Shown: positions 25,464-38,955 of the stretch, piece by piece
Layout: every line of letters starts with the position of its first letter
Position numbering within the stretch: the first letter of the stretch is position 1
Source of the DNA: Octopus vulgaris
Lineage: Eukaryota
Length of the DNA: 64,000 bases
Direction: 5' to 3'
Assembly: GCA_951406725.2 (NCBI GenBank)
Contig: OX597814.1
Location: 223,758,001-223,822,000 of the forward strand
Made by a program: the position numbers and the translations under genes
The notes under the pieces: model-generated
The model's input: only the letters and a program-made list of their open reading frames with translations
The model's database searches: none
Told to the model about the DNA's origin: nothing

Positions 25464-26380
25464 TACAGGGTGCGATGGATAAATTGTCGCCATTTTATAT
25501 TTTTATTTTTGCGCATGTGCATTGTTTTTTTTATTTTGTCGACTACACAATATGAAGCTCCAATATGAACAATTCAGAGTGTCTGGGTGTCAGTCTGTGG
25601 ACAATGCAGAGGTTTCGAAAAGCGTTGGATGAGTTTAGGTCATTACGAAGGTACAGCAACTCGGAAAACACACTCTGAAAAAACCCCTGGATTTGTTGGT
25701 GAAATCTAGGCAATGATTGACGACGAACCCTCCAAGTCAATGAGGGATAGGAGAGTGTCTGGGTTTCTTATCAGACAGGTAGTGCATGAAGACATTCGGT
25801 AGTCCTCATACAGTATGAGAAAGGGCCAATTTTTGCCCCAAGCCATCAAGGACAAATGGAAAGACCGCGCTACGAAGTTTTTAAACAAACTCAAGCATCC
25901 AACCGAACATGCTTTGGTTTTTCTCAGAAGAGAAAACTTTCTTCCATGATCAACCGGCGAACACGCCGCATCTCCAAAACATGTACCGAGGGTGATAAAA
26001 ATCAAACATCCAGTCAACATCATAGTGTTTGGAGCGATCACTAGTGGTGGTGACGTCATGCCTCCATTCATCTTCTCATACGGTCTCAGACTCAACACGG
26101 AGGCCCACATCAAGTGTCTGGAAGAGGTAGTGCTGCCTGGATCAAGAGGGTGGCTGCTGGAAGACCCTATGTCTGGTAACAGGACTCGGTACCATGCTAC
26201 ACAAGCAGGAGAACCCAGTCATAGCTAACAAACAATTTCTGCGACCACATCACCCCTAGCATCTGGCCACCCGACTCCCCAGATTGCAGCCCTCTTGAGT
26301 ATTGCGTGTGGAGCGCAGTTGAGTGAGAAACCAACAAAACTCCTAAAACCAAAGATGAACACCAAAGAAGCATCGAAAAA
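25464..26380 (+). mobile_element. Decayed Tc1/mariner-superfamily transposon with DD37 spacing (maT-like)
   Basis: TA-CAGGGTGCG terminus; KHPVNIIVFGAITSGG, QDSVPCYT...IWPPDSPDCSPLEYCVW with 37 residues between the last two acidic positions; stops and frameshifts; right TIR not found. Confidence 0.85.
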
Positions 26381-26763
26381 TATGTAATTCTTCATCAAAC
26401 GATGTATCTCGAGTGGTCTCCAGCAATAAATAATAGTTCATAATATACAGAGTTATAATCCTTTCGATGTAAAAAAAAAAAGAAAAAAGAAAAAAGAAAA
26501 ATATAAAGCGAAAAGCTACCCGTGAGGTTTGAACCCTGGCCCCACTGTAACCAAAAGAATTGTGATATCATTGCCCTAAATTAGTGCTTTGGTTTTCATT
26601 CATCCAAACTAGACATGTTTATCTTACAACCATGACAGTTTGTTTACATTTAGAAAGTAACAATAGAAGAAATTGCTACATATATTTTAGAAAACGTTAT
26701 TACAAAAGCATTAGAGAATATTTATTCCCCTAAAGAAATAGTAGTATAGCAAATAGCAAACAC

Positions 26764-27040
26764 GGGCATATGGTGTAGTGGTTAAGAGAGCGGGCTACTA
26801 ACCCCAAGATTCCGAGTTCGATTCCAGGCAGTGAACTGAAATATTAATAATAATATTAATAATAATAATAATAACAACAACAATAATATTGAAAATACCT
26901 TAGGAATGAGAACCCAGATCGAAGTTTTCCCAAGACACTTGATGAAGGACGGAGGGTATATCACCCTAAATATTGTGTTAACAACAAACAAAATGTGGAC
27001 AAATATCCATCAAATGTAAATAATGTGAATAATGTAAATA
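26764..27040 (+). mobile_element. tRNA-headed SINE-like element with (AAT)n linker and hammerhead-shaped 3' module
   Basis: A box TGGTGTAGTGG, B box GAGTTCGATTCC, motif 26935-26978, tail (AATAATGTR)n. Confidence 0.75.
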
Positions 27041-27370
27041 GCAACCAACTTAGCCACGTGAAAATTTCTAAGCATTTTAAAGTTACAGAGCTAGATCAAG
27101 ACTTGGCTAGGTCAAACAATCTCAATGAAACACGGCAATCTGGATTTCTTACTATACTCAAACGTAAAGAGAGAAGTACGATCAAAAGCAAATTTATCAA
27201 GAAAGGGATATGCAGAGATCTATCCGTCCCCTATAAATCAGCCCTTCCTCTCAGTACCATGACCAAATGCCTAGAAAGCAAACCATATTACAGGGACTTT
27301 AAATATACTAAGGTAACCTAAATCGGCCAATTAAGTGAATTTGGATACTTATATCGATGTATAATCAACT

Positions 27371-27450
27371 GAATTCTGTACGCAAAATGTCTTAATTCTG
27401 TATGCAAAATATCTTAATTCTATGCGCAAAATTCTGTATGCAAAATGTCT
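27371..27450. repeat. ~22-bp tandem repeat AATTCTGTATGCAAAATGTCTT, about 4 copies
   Basis: Directly visible. Confidence 0.85.
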
Positions 27451-28546
27451 GACAATCTAGAAAAGGGGTTAGATTTAAATGATTATGGCTTACCCAAAAT
27501 TTCGTGGCCTTATATCAATATTAAAAATCATTATTTCCAGGATTCAGTCAGGTGTTAATGTATGTAAGACGGCGATACTTTCTACTATTCATATTTGCAT
27601 ATAAACTGCTTGTTTTTTGTTTTTGTTGTTGTTGTTTTACGTAGGTCTTTGGTGCGTCCCATCTGACACAACGTAAAATCGGAGAGAAACATTGTTCGAT
27701 AAGTAATTTCTGTAGGTGCAGTTGATATTAGAAGAAACGAAGAAACGAAGAAGAAGAAGAAGAAGAAGAAGGTGAAGGAGGAGGAGGTGGAGGAGGAGGA
27801 GAGCATGATTAGTAGCAACGATGATGATGACGACGAAGGCGATGATGATGATGATGCCAATGATGATGAGGATGACGATGAAAATGATGATGATGATGAT
27901 GATAATGATGATAGGAGATGATAGTGGTAATGGTAGTGGTGGTAATGATGGTGGTGGTGTTGGTGGTGGTGAGGATCATTGTGGTGATTGTGACGGTGAG
28001 AGCGGCGGTGGTAGCGAGATGTAGGAGAAGGAAGGATATAGAAGAAAAGAGGAACATGAAAAGATGAGAGGAGCGGGATGAGAGTTGGGTGAAACAGAAA
28101 TAACAAAGAAAAAAAATACACAACACAAAAAGAAAGGACAAAGAAAAACAAAGAAGAACAAAAAAAAATATCATTAAGAAAAGATAGACAAAAATCTGAT
28201 TTACTACTACTACTTCTACTACTTCTACTACTACTACACATCCGTCTTCCAACTACAAATACGAGAGACATGAACGACTTAAATAATGCGACTGAAAGAA
28301 TCTGTAGTGTTCGCTAAATGAGATGTGGCGGGATGGCGGGGGTGGGGGAGGGCGAGATTCAGTCATAAGTTAGGACAGATTGAGCTTGAGATAATAAACG
28401 TTATAAAAGACAGAAGAAACACAGAATACGCCATGTTTGTTTTTTCTATTACTTTTGTTGTTATGGTTGTTTTTGTTCCCCCTTTTTTTATTTGCTAACG
28501 TTTTGTATCATTCTTTCGTGTGTGGGCCTGATTTGCATTTTCTTTG

Positions 28547-28564
28547 ATATCATTATTATTATTA

Positions 28565-28596
<32 letters not shown>

Positions 28597-28603
28597 CATT
28601 ATG

Positions 28604-28638
<35 letters not shown>

Positions 28639-28654
28639 TATTATTATCATTATG

Positions 28655-28725
<71 letters not shown>

Positions 28726-28786
28726 TATTATTATCATTATGATTATTATTATTATTATTGTTATTATTATCATTATTATTATTATC

Positions 28787-28818
<32 letters not shown>

Positions 28819-28877
28819 TATTATTATCATTATGATTATTATTATTATTATTGTTATTATTATCATTATTATTATTA

Positions 28878-28914
<37 letters not shown>

Positions 28915-28960
28915 TATTATTATCATTATGATTATTATTATTATTATTGTTATTATTATC

Positions 28961-28992
<32 letters not shown>

Positions 28993-29160
28993 TATTATTA
29001 TCATTATGATTATTATTATTATCATTGTTATTATTATCATTATTATTATTATTATGATTATTATTATTATTATTATTACCATTGTTATTATTATTATTAT
29101 TACCATTATCATTATTATTATTGTTGTTGTTGTTGTTGTTATTGTTATTGTTATTATTAC
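28547..29160. repeat. (ATT)n microsatellite with higher-order variant units
   Basis: Recurrent TACCATTATTATTATCATTATGAT variant. Confidence 0.97.
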
Positions 29161-30049
29161 CTTCGATTAGCTCAAATATCCTAGCTACAAGGAAGAAGGA
29201 AGTCAAGACTATGGAGAGTCAGTTACATTGAAGAAAAGAGTAGCAATAACTACGAGCAGCAGCAGTAACAACAACAGCAACAACAATAAATTAATAAATA
29301 TATAAGCAATACTATAAATATTGGTTTATTGAGCAGACGGCACATATTACCATCTTTATAGCTTTATGGCATGCCTCACAGCAAGGAATAAGTCGTAAAC
29401 TATATTTCATTAAATAATTTTCCTTGGTAACGGAAACTGAAGGAATACAGTTTTGTTGGCAGGACATGTCGGGTAATTTACTCCTTTAGTTTGTTTGGGA
29501 TGTTTTCTTTTTTGTTTTGTTTTTTTTGCTTTTGTTTTTTTGTTTTTTGTCTTCCTCTCTTACTTCTCTTCTATGTCTCCTCTTTTTTCTTTTTTATCCC
29601 CCTCTCCTTCTCTTTTTCTCTGCCCCAATCACTACTACTTACACCATCTTTATTTAATTTTTTTTCGGTACCGCTACTCATGACTGCTCTAGTCCTACAG
29701 TTTCGCTTCTCGCTTTCTTTTTCTTCTTCATCACCACCATCATCATCATCATCAACACCATCATCATCATCACAATCATCATCATCACCATCACCATCAT
29801 CATCATCATCACCATCACCATCATCATCATCATCACCGTCATCATTGTGGTGATTTGTCTTCGTTTTCTTTTCCGAGCTAACGACGCTGGTTGTGGTTGC
29901 GTCTAATACACATTCATGCTCTTGCTACTCTGAGATATTTCTCTTCGCTCATTTACACATATATGAGACAAAGTGATACAAACATACATACATATATATA
30001 TATATGCATATGTATATGCACACACATATGCACACATATATACACACAC

Positions 30050-30090
<41 letters not shown>

Positions 30091-30093
<3 letters not shown>

Positions 30094-30460
30094 CAAATAA
30101 TAAGGGTAATCAATTAAAACCAGTGGCTTAGCATATTTTAAAAAATCTGAAGATTAAAAATTGTTTTACGTACAAAATTTAGAGGAATGACCACTAAAGT
30201 GGACAACCTATATACTAAACATAGACGTCAAATCGTCATTACCACGAAGAATGTGTTCTCAAGAAATATCTCAGCAAAAAAAATATATATAAAATTAAGC
30301 AAGACAAATGAAAATATACGAAATAAAAAACGATTACCTATGTACCGTTGGTTTCACTTGTTAATATTTTTCTTGAGAACACATTCTTCGTGGTAATGGC
30401 GATTTGACGTCTATGTTTAGCATATAGGGTGTCCACATTGATGATCATTCCTCTAAATTA
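30091..30460. mobile_element. Fold-back element, second copy of the 6384-6658 family
   Basis: Arms ~30176-30266 and ~30369-30459 with a ~100-bp loop; 30110-30180 is the reverse complement of 6560-6630. Confidence 0.8.
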
Positions 30461-30474
30461 TATATATATATATA

Positions 30475-30682
30475 TGTGTGACCTCGTGTGTACCGTTGGT
30501 GATTTTCTTTCCTCTGTCTTCCCTTCTCTGGATCTTTCCTTCTCCTATGTTTCCGACAAAGAGCTCCGCTCGAAACGTTAAACCCTCCTTCTTTCCTTCT
30601 TTCCTGAGCATCCAATAATACTATATTTGTTCCACGTCCTCGCGTTGTTGTGTTTTCTAGTGCTTTCTTGTTTGAATTAACT
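30475..30682 (+). mobile_element. Short element family H2; hammerhead motif 30549-30583 with G8 mutated
   Basis: GTTT CCGACAA A GAGC TCC GCTC GAAA CG TT AAAC; near-identical to 40222-40432; (TA)n flanks. Confidence 0.85.
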
Positions 30683-30709
30683 TTATATATATATATATAC
30701 ATATATATA

Positions 30710-31031
30710 GGACCACTCCGTCGGTTACGACGACGAGGATCCAGGATGATACGCTCGAAGGCACAGCTTTTTCGTGGAATTAACGTGCAAGTGACTGAGC
30801 AATCCACAGACACGAGTACCCTTAACGTAGTTCTCAGGGAGATTCAGCGAGACACAGAGTGTGACAAGGCTGGCCCCTTTGAAATACAGGTACTACTCAT
30901 TTTTGCCAGCTGAATGGACTGGAGCACCGAAAATAAAGTGTCTTGCTCAAGGAAACAACGGATCGCCGGGAATTGAACTCACGACCTTACGATCATGAGT
31001 CGAATGCCCCTAACCACTCAGTCACGCGCCT
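30710..31031 (-). mobile_element. tRNA-derived SINE with a different (possibly RTE-type) 3' tail
   Basis: Head revcomp GGCGCGTGACTGAGTGGTTAGGG...GAGTTCAATTCCC; family-B-like core; tail ...CGTCGTAACCGACGGAGTGGTCC. Confidence 0.85.
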
Positions 31032-32042
31032 TACACACACACACACACACGCACACGCATACGCACACGCACACGCACACACACACGCGCGCGCGCACAC
31101 ACACACGCACACACGCACATACACACATATATATATATACACACACGTTTCTATTAGTTACTGGTAAAGCTTGTAAGGGAAATATATATTAATGAGTATT
31201 TAGTGTTTTTATTATTAACTTTTGAATTCTGAAATAATGTATTTAACTCATAATTATTAATTCATTCATGAAATTAAATTCAATTGTGTTTCGTTTTGGC
31301 GAGAATTGAAATAAAGCTTTCACTGCCTTTTATTATACAAGTAACTATGGAAGACTGGTGGGATTATCATTTGTACAGACTTTCAAATTGGTCACTATTT
31401 AATATATAATTTAGTTATTGTAGTTTTACTATTAATACCGATACAGATGTACATAGATTTTGTGTGTTTCTTTGTTGTAGTTTAATTTTAAAGTTAATGT
31501 TTAATCCTGCCTATATTTATATAATGTGGTTATTAAGCTTTCACGTTTATATTATATTATGGAAGACTGTAGGGAATAAAGCGTATGGCTTAAAGGTTTG
31601 ATCGCTGTTTCGTTACATATTTAGGAGTTGGTTATAGATTTATTTATTGTATTTATTTACTGATTCTGTTGTTCATAGGGTAAACGTGTTTCAAAGTTGT
31701 GGTTTCTTTGGTATGTTTGTTCCCAAGCAACACTTATTTTTGTGCTGTTGGCACCGCCGGTTTGAATGGTTCGGCCCAGGTGTCGAAACCATAATGATAT
31801 CCGTGGGGCAGCTGATGATGGTTTGTTGGTATGGCTGTTTTTGTATATGTGGAATAGGATTATAACACATCCTTTCGATATATATATATATGTGTGTGTG
31901 TGTGCACGCGTGTGTATGTATATGTATATACATAGATATTTGCATGTGTCTATATATACATATGTATGTGTGTGTGCGTGTGTGTGTGTATTGACACATA
32001 TATTTTCATGTGTTATTACATATATATATATATATACACACA

Positions 32043-32102
<60 letters not shown>

Positions 32103-32115
32103 CATGTGTCTATAT

Positions 32116-32150
<35 letters not shown>

Positions 32151-32711
32151 CATGTGTATGTATATATGTTTATGCATATGTACAGAACTAATGAAAATAA
32201 AGGGTGACCAAAATAAATACATGAGTAAATCTTTAAATATAGCATACCATGTTTGATGGATACGTGTAAGTATATGTGCTTATGTGTGTAAGTGTAAATA
32301 AGAAAAATATTTGAAAAACCTTCGAGCAATGCAGGAGAGGAATTAGCAAAAATATGTAACGTGATGAAAGATACTGAATTACGTTGCATGGATTTTAATG
32401 ATCGTAAAATACTTTGGGAAAGTTTCCCTTTTCAAATACAAGAAAATAAAGTGTTTCGAAATATAAAATCAGTAGGCAATCTATGTAACATATTCATATA
32501 CTCTAACTAATGCCTGTGTCTTGTCTGTCATAGAATCACAGCCTTCCAGTCATTGTATGTTCTAGTATTATTCAGGTGCTTATCGCGTTCCATAATATTC
32601 GAAATTTTGATCGAAATCCATTATTTAATTCAAGGAGGTAAATTTTCATTGTTATCTGTGCGAAGAATATTTATATACATTTTGCTTTTCCGCTTGGACC
32701 CGAGTATATAT

Positions 32712-32872
32712 CGGTTTCAAATTTTGGCACAAAGCCAGCAATTTCGGGGAGGGTGTAAGTCGATTACATCTAACCCATTGCTCAGTTGGTACTTATTTTA
32801 TCGACCCTGAAAGGATGAAAGGCAATGTTGACCTCGGGGGAATTTGAACTCAGAACGTGAAGACGGACGAAT
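32712..32872 (-). mobile_element. Nin/Deu-domain SINE fragment
   Basis: GGTACTTATTTTATCGACCCTGAAAGGATGAAAGGC. Confidence 0.8.
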
Positions 32873-33019
32873 AAACACTCGCATATAATGTTCACCTCTC
32901 TGCAAGATCGACTGAGGAGATAATAAGAACCTAGATATAGAGGGATCTTTCAATCGAAATGACGTAAGCAACGTAAACTGGTGAACTTCAAGAATATTTT
33001 CAAGAGAGATGGTATGAAT

Positions 33020-33500
33020 ATCTATTATATAAAATCCGTTCTATCTGTCTGTGTGTGTGTGTCTTCTAGGATCCCGGGCATCCTCCATCCGATTGCGCTC
33101 AAATTTGATATGTAGATACCGATATGTAGATCAGGGCGTGTATAAGTCTTGAAAAAATTACAAAAATCGATTCCAGGTGAGAATGCGATCGATAAAGCCG
33201 TGGGGACGGGTATTTGTACGCGCAAGTGCATCAGCTGTTCCGATCGATACTACGCGTACGCGAGAAATGCTCGTGCATTTTGCGCAAGAAAAGCCGGCTG
33301 GCTTGAAATAATGCTACAAAATGCAGTATATTTAAGAGACCAAAAGAGTAAAATGCAAAAGAGATATTTTCTTCAAACTTGGCTTGAAGGAAGGAAAGAC
33401 TATTTGGTTTCTCAAGAAGTTTTTGTTTTTTTTTGCCTTAACTTCGTTTAACAAAACCAAAAATTATATTGAAGTAATGGCATGCTTAAGGCTGCGCTCC
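33020..33500 (+). mobile_element. Helitron-like non-autonomous element 5' region; 3' boundary uncertain
   Basis: ATCTATTATATAAAATCCGTT...CATCCGATTGCGCTCAAATTT resembles the 18915 unit heads. Confidence 0.5.
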
Positions 33501-34728
33501 ACTAGCTTTCCATGCCCTTGAACATCCCGTAAAGTAAGTTAGCTTAAAATTAGTTACTTAGTTCCCTAGGTTGTTGCTTTTCATCAAAAATCGCCCCAAG
33601 CTGATTTTCTACATGTTTTATCGGATAAACTTATTAATGTCCCAGGTACGTTCTCATCGTTTTTGTCCTGCTTTTCTTCCGTCAACCTGTACATAACTGC
33701 ACCTTCCATTTTTTGTTGTTTTTGTACTGCTTAAAGGCACGTTTCTTTCCTGCCAAGCTTACTATTTAAACCATGTTTGTGTTCTCCCAGTCTTATCATT
33801 ACTGGTATTTTAAACTCTTCGGTTGCATATTTGTGTGAATAAAATAGAAAAAAAGTCGATCTTTATTTCTTCTTTTGCTGGTGTCTCAAATTTAGGTTAA
33901 ATCAGTGTTTCTCAAAGGGGAGGCCTATGGGACGGTCGTACAAGCTGTTTTGAGAAAATTTGGTTTAAATGTTTGACAACTCGGCACGGTGGGGGGTCGT
34001 TTTGTTTATCTATATATCTAATACAAAAGTTATTGCAGAATAACGGTGGTTGTAAAACATTAAAAAAATATGTAAGATTAGGTAAATACTTGAATGTAGA
34101 AAAATAATATTGGACAATAGATGAATGAATCATTCTTATGTGACGTTAGTTTTCTTAGTTTTAAGGAAGCAAAGCACTTAGAAACAGGAATTGTAATAGT
34201 GGGAGGATTGCCTCATTATGCGTTCAAACGTTTCTATATTGTATAGAATAGAATGACAAATTTAAAAATATATATAGTACACATACACACACACATATAC
34301 ACGCGTGTGTGCGTGTATGTCTACGTATGTATTACAGTCAATATCTGCGTCGAAAAAAATTCCAAATTAAGCAAGTTAAGTTAATAAATGTTTAGGAATG
34401 TGTAAATGCGCATTGAGGTTGATGAGTAGAAAAAATAGTTAATAAAACCGTGATAGATATTTTGAATATGTTTTAAGAATATACACCAGAGAGACTAAAC
34501 AGAGTACTTTCTTCTTCGTTTATAACAACTGATTTCATCAAAAATCGCCCCAAGCTGATTTCCTACATGTTTTATCGGATAAACTTATTAATGTCCCAAG
34601 TACGTTCTCATCGTTTTTGTCCTGCTTTTCTGTGCCTTTTATTTGGCTATTCTCTGGAAATTAAGTACTAATACATGAGGGGGGGGGGTGAAATTACCAA
34701 ATCTATGTATATATATATATATATATAT

Positions 34729-34962
34729 ACTCTTTACTCTTTTACTCTTTTATTTGTTTCAGTCATTTGAATGTGGCTATGCTGGAGTACTGCCACAAGT
34801 CGACCAAATCGACCCCATGACTTATTCTTTGTAAGCCTAGTACTTATTCTATCGGTCTTTTTTGACGAACCACTAAGTTACAGGGATGTAAACACACCAG
34901 CATCGGTTGTCAAGTGATGTTGGGGAGACAAACACAGACACACAAACATATACACACACATA

Positions 34963-34999
<37 letters not shown>

Positions 35000-35181
35000 G
35001 ACGGGCTTCTTTCAGTTTCCGTCTACCAAATCCACTCACAAGGCTTTGGTCTGCCCGAGGCTATAGTAGAAGACACTTGCCCAAGTGGGACTGAACCCAG
35101 AACCATGTGATTGGTAAGCAAGCTACTTTATTTTATATCATTTGCTATAAAAGCAACTTACCACACAGCCACTCCTACGCC
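34729..35181 (-). mobile_element. SINE family A, near full length
   Basis: Collinear with 37420-37826. Confidence 0.92.
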
Positions 35182-35491
35182 TTTATATATGTTGTTACAC
35201 ATCGCTGGTCACAATGCGTTCGCATTGTTTTAGCCTTCGAATGAAGGAGCCTCGTATAACGTGTGTGTATATATTTCCATAGAGGTAACCATTCACTCCA
35301 TACAAAGTTTTTTAGGACGAAAATAAGATCTAAAGTTATCTCTAAGAAACAGAAAGATCGCCCAAAAGTGTATATAGATATTTAAATGTATTTATATATT
35401 CATCTATACACACATGTATGTATAATGTGCGTGTATATATTTCCATAGAGGTAACCATTCAATCCATACAAAGTTTTTTAGGACGAAAATA

Positions 35492-35997
35492 TCTATATAT
35501 ATAAAACTCTAGTTGTGTGAGTGTCTGTCCCCTTCGATTTAGATTCCTAACTCCTCCCACATTTTGCGGTGCAGTTTAACCAAATTCGGGTATCTTATAG
35601 TCGTGATTCATATCGAGCCCGTCTGACTATTAGCGCGCGTCAACGATGAGTCTACGATTTTAAAAATAATTTAACATCATTTTTTATTCCATTTTAATGC
35701 ATAAAATGCATCGTGTGTCGATGGCGGCGGAGTTGGCGTCCACGCTCACAGCTGCACCTGTTTGCTTCTCCCCCTTCCCTCCCTCGTGAAGCTGTAGGGA
35801 AGGGAGTGTAAAGAAATCAACGTCGTAATGCGTTGTGAAGGAAACCAGCGTTCTTTTAGAACAACGACTTCATGGCTTGAAGACACCAAAATAAAAATGG
35901 CTAAGAAAGCCCGAATTTATAAGGGAAGTAACTCTCTAAAAATGCTTATATAGTTATTTCCCTTACAAACCCGAGCAATGCCGGGCGATACTACTAG
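35492..35997 (+). mobile_element. Non-autonomous Helitron
   Basis: A|TC start, 3' hairpin CCCGAGCAATGCCGGG, CTAG|T end. Confidence 0.88.
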
Positions 35998-36839
35998 TTT
36001 ATATATAAAAGAAAGGTTGTGTCTCTGTCTACTCCGATTTAGATTCCTAACTACTCCCACATTTTGCGATGCAGTTTAACCAAAACCGGGTATCTTATAG
36101 TCGTCATTCATATCGAGCCCTTCTGGGTATTAGCGCGCGTCTACGATGAGTCTATGATTTTACAAATAATTTACCATCATTTTTTTCCATTTTAATGCAT
36201 ATTTTTTTAATAAAGGGAAGTAACTCTCAAACTTCACACCAATATGCGTGCTCATATGCGACGTAATATCACATCAGCAGCATTTCCTCACACCCTCCTT
36301 GAACTTGGCGAAGGCAAAATACCAGGGGATGAAAATGGTAATATTGCCATCGATTCCATTTGTACCATTGTTAAGACGCCTTCTGATCTCAGAGATGCAG
36401 TGTTCCCAGATCTACAAGCTAATTATCAGAATATGGATTGGATTGGCAAAAAGGCTATACTGGCCCCGAGGAATAAAACTGTTCACCATATTAATGATGA
36501 AATACTAAAACTCATTCCTGGGGAAGTCTATGTATATCAGTCTATCGATACAACTCCTGACCCAGAGGACGTCATCAACTATCCAATAGAGGTACTCAAT
36601 TCCTTTGAGCACCCCGGACCCCACCACACTTTCTCAAACTTAAAGTTGGTGCCCCTATAATGCTCATCAGAAATTTGGTTCCCCCAAAACAATGCAATGG
36701 CACACGTTTGATCGTTAAGTCCTTATCTCCCACCGTAAGCTTATATCAATATTTGCCTGAATAATCATCATAATTCAGTGCAATCATTAACAGTACTTTC
36801 AAGCAATTCAGCCCCGAGCAACGCCGGGCAATTCTGCTA

Positions 36840-36840
<1 letters not shown>
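35998..36840 (+). mobile_element. Helitron deletion derivative, in tandem with the previous copy
   Basis: Same 5' ~230 bp; ends CCCGAGCAACGCCGGG-CAATTCTG-CTAG. Confidence 0.9.
36244..36740 (+). pseudogene. Helitron RepHel Pif1-family helicase fragment
   Basis: NMR, LLELGEG, AILAPRN, YQSID, YPIEVLNS; after a frameshift LKLKVGAPIMLIRNL...CNGTRLIV. Confidence 0.92.
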
Positions 36841-36876
<36 letters not shown>

Positions 36877-36879
<3 letters not shown>

Positions 36880-37165
36880 AGAAAATAGTAAAAAGTGAAA
36901 GAACTACAGAAGGCTTGTTTTAAAAGGTTAAAAAATATATATTTGAGTCAATATGTCTGAAGAATGTTATAAATTTTTTTCCATACAATGACATAGTTTT
37001 CAAAATCTATGTCATTGTATGAAAAATAATTTATAACATTCTTAAGACATATTGACTCAAATATATATTTTTTAACCTTTTAAAACAAGCCTTCTGTAGT
37101 TTTTTCACTTTTTACTATTTTCTATATATTCAACCACGTGCTTTCACACACCAACCTTCTCACCT
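36877..37165. mobile_element. Fold-back element with ~120-bp arms and short tail, within (TA)n
   Basis: 36877-36997 is the reverse complement of 37005-37126 with few mismatches. Confidence 0.85.
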
Positions 37166-37174
37166 ATATATATG

Positions 37175-37233
<59 letters not shown>

Positions 37234-37284
37234 ATATATATATATGTATATATATATATGTGTATATATATATATATGTATATA

Positions 37285-37347
<63 letters not shown>

Positions 37348-37360
37348 GTATATATATATG

Positions 37361-37419
<59 letters not shown>

Positions 37420-37421
<2 letters not shown>

Positions 37422-37826
37422 TCTTTTTCTCTTTTTACTTGTTTCAGTCATTTGACTGCGGCCATGCTGGAGCACCGCCTTTAGTCGGGCAAATCGACCC
37501 CGGGACTTATTCTTTGTAAGCCCAGTACTTATTCTATCGGTCTCTTTTGCCGAACCGCTAAGTAACGGGGATGTAAACACACCAGCATCGGTTGTCAAGC
37601 AATGCTACGGTGACAAACACAGACACATAAACATATACACATACACACATATATATATACATATATACGACAGGCTTCTTTCAGTTTCCGTCTACCAAAT
37701 CCACTCACAAGGCATTGGTCGGCCCGGGGCTATAGCAGAAGACACTTGCCCAAGATGCCACGCAGTGGGACTGAACCCGGAACCATGTGGTTGGTTAGCA
37801 AGCTACTTACCACACAGCCACTCCTG
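37420..37826 (-). mobile_element. SINE family A (tRNA head, CORE-like CCTTGGGCAAGT motif), young full-length copy
   Basis: Head revcomp CAGGAGTGGCTGTGTGGTAAG...GGGTTCAGTCCC; tail GGCGGTGCTCCAGCATGGCCGCAGTCAAATGACTGAAAC. Confidence 0.93.
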
Positions 37827-37859
<33 letters not shown>

Positions 37860-37975
37860 GTATGTATATATATGTATATATATATATGTATGTATATATA
37901 TATGTATGTATATATGTATATATATATATATGTATATATATACATACATGTATATATATACATACATATATATAT

Positions 37976-38955
37976 AATCAACTAATATGGGTGAGAAAAT
38001 TGGATACTAATTTAATAGTACTTCCATTTAACACCAAATGGCTTAGTGCATAAAAACCTGGATTACGATAAATTTTATACATAAATATAAGAGAGTAACC
38101 ACTGTGTGGTCTACTCTAGCACTAAAAATAGATCCGCTAGGTTTCAGCCACAAAGAATTGTTTCCGATGAAGTCCAAATATTATATGAATATACTTTTAA
38201 GCATATGCATGTATATATATATGATATGCTTGTACATAAGTACGTAAATGAAGAGCTACAGATATGTCATGTGAGTAAAATTACATAATTAATTAATAGC
38301 GAAACAATTGTCCTGAACTAATCTGCATTTTTGTTATGTTTATTTGCCCTGTTCGTTTGCGCTAGTAGTCGTGCTAAATTTCAATTCTTTGTGGCTGAAA
38401 CCTAGCGGATCTATTTTTAGTGCTAGAGTAGACCACATAGTGGTTACTCACTTATATTTATGTATAAAATTTATCGTAATCCAGGTTTTTATGCACTAAG
38501 CCACTTGGTGTTAAATGGATGTACTATTAAATTAGTATCCAATTTTCTCACCCTTATTAGTTGATTGCAATTATACTACATTTAATTTTGGATGTAGTAT
38601 CTGTTTCCGTGAATTTTGGCGGGCTGTGGCAGGGGCACTTGAATTATAACAGCGAATGCAATCGACTGAACCGCACGTGTGTTTATCGTTATGGCAAAAT
38701 CTAGCGTGCGGTTGAGTAAATTGTATTCTTGACGGATTCGGCTGAAGAGCTACAGATATGTTATGTGAGTAAAATTACATAATTTATTAATAGCGAAACA
38801 ATTGTCCTGAACTAATCTGCATTTTTGTATTTTTTTTGCCCTGTTCGTTTGCGCTAGTAGTCGTGCTAACTTTCATCGGAAACAATTCTTTGTGGCTGAA
38901 ACCTAGCGCATCTATTTTTAGTGCTAGAGTCGACCACACAGTGGTTACTCTCTTA

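Noticed and set aside
26764-26835. tRNA gene calls for SINE heads (also 778, 7095, 12108, 13634, 50133)
   Set aside because: A/B boxes are present but there is no proper acceptor stem, and each continues into a SINE body.
27371-27450. CRISPR-like short repeats
   Set aside because: Contiguous tandem units without spacers, in eukaryotic DNA with no cas genes.
27585-28271. His/Ser/Asp-rich ORFs
   Set aside because: Built from (GAA), (GAG), (GAT) and (GGT) trinucleotide runs; no domain or splice support.
28492-29206. Long poly-Y/I/N ORFs, and all YI/CV/TH-repeat ORFs in the track
   Set aside because: Stop-free frames of (ATT)n, (TA)n, (CA)n and (TACA)n microsatellites.
33580-34630. ~100-bp direct repeats (33580, 34535) as LTRs
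   Set aside because: No TG...CA termini, primer-binding site, polypurine tract or TSD seen; more likely an internal duplication of a repeat.
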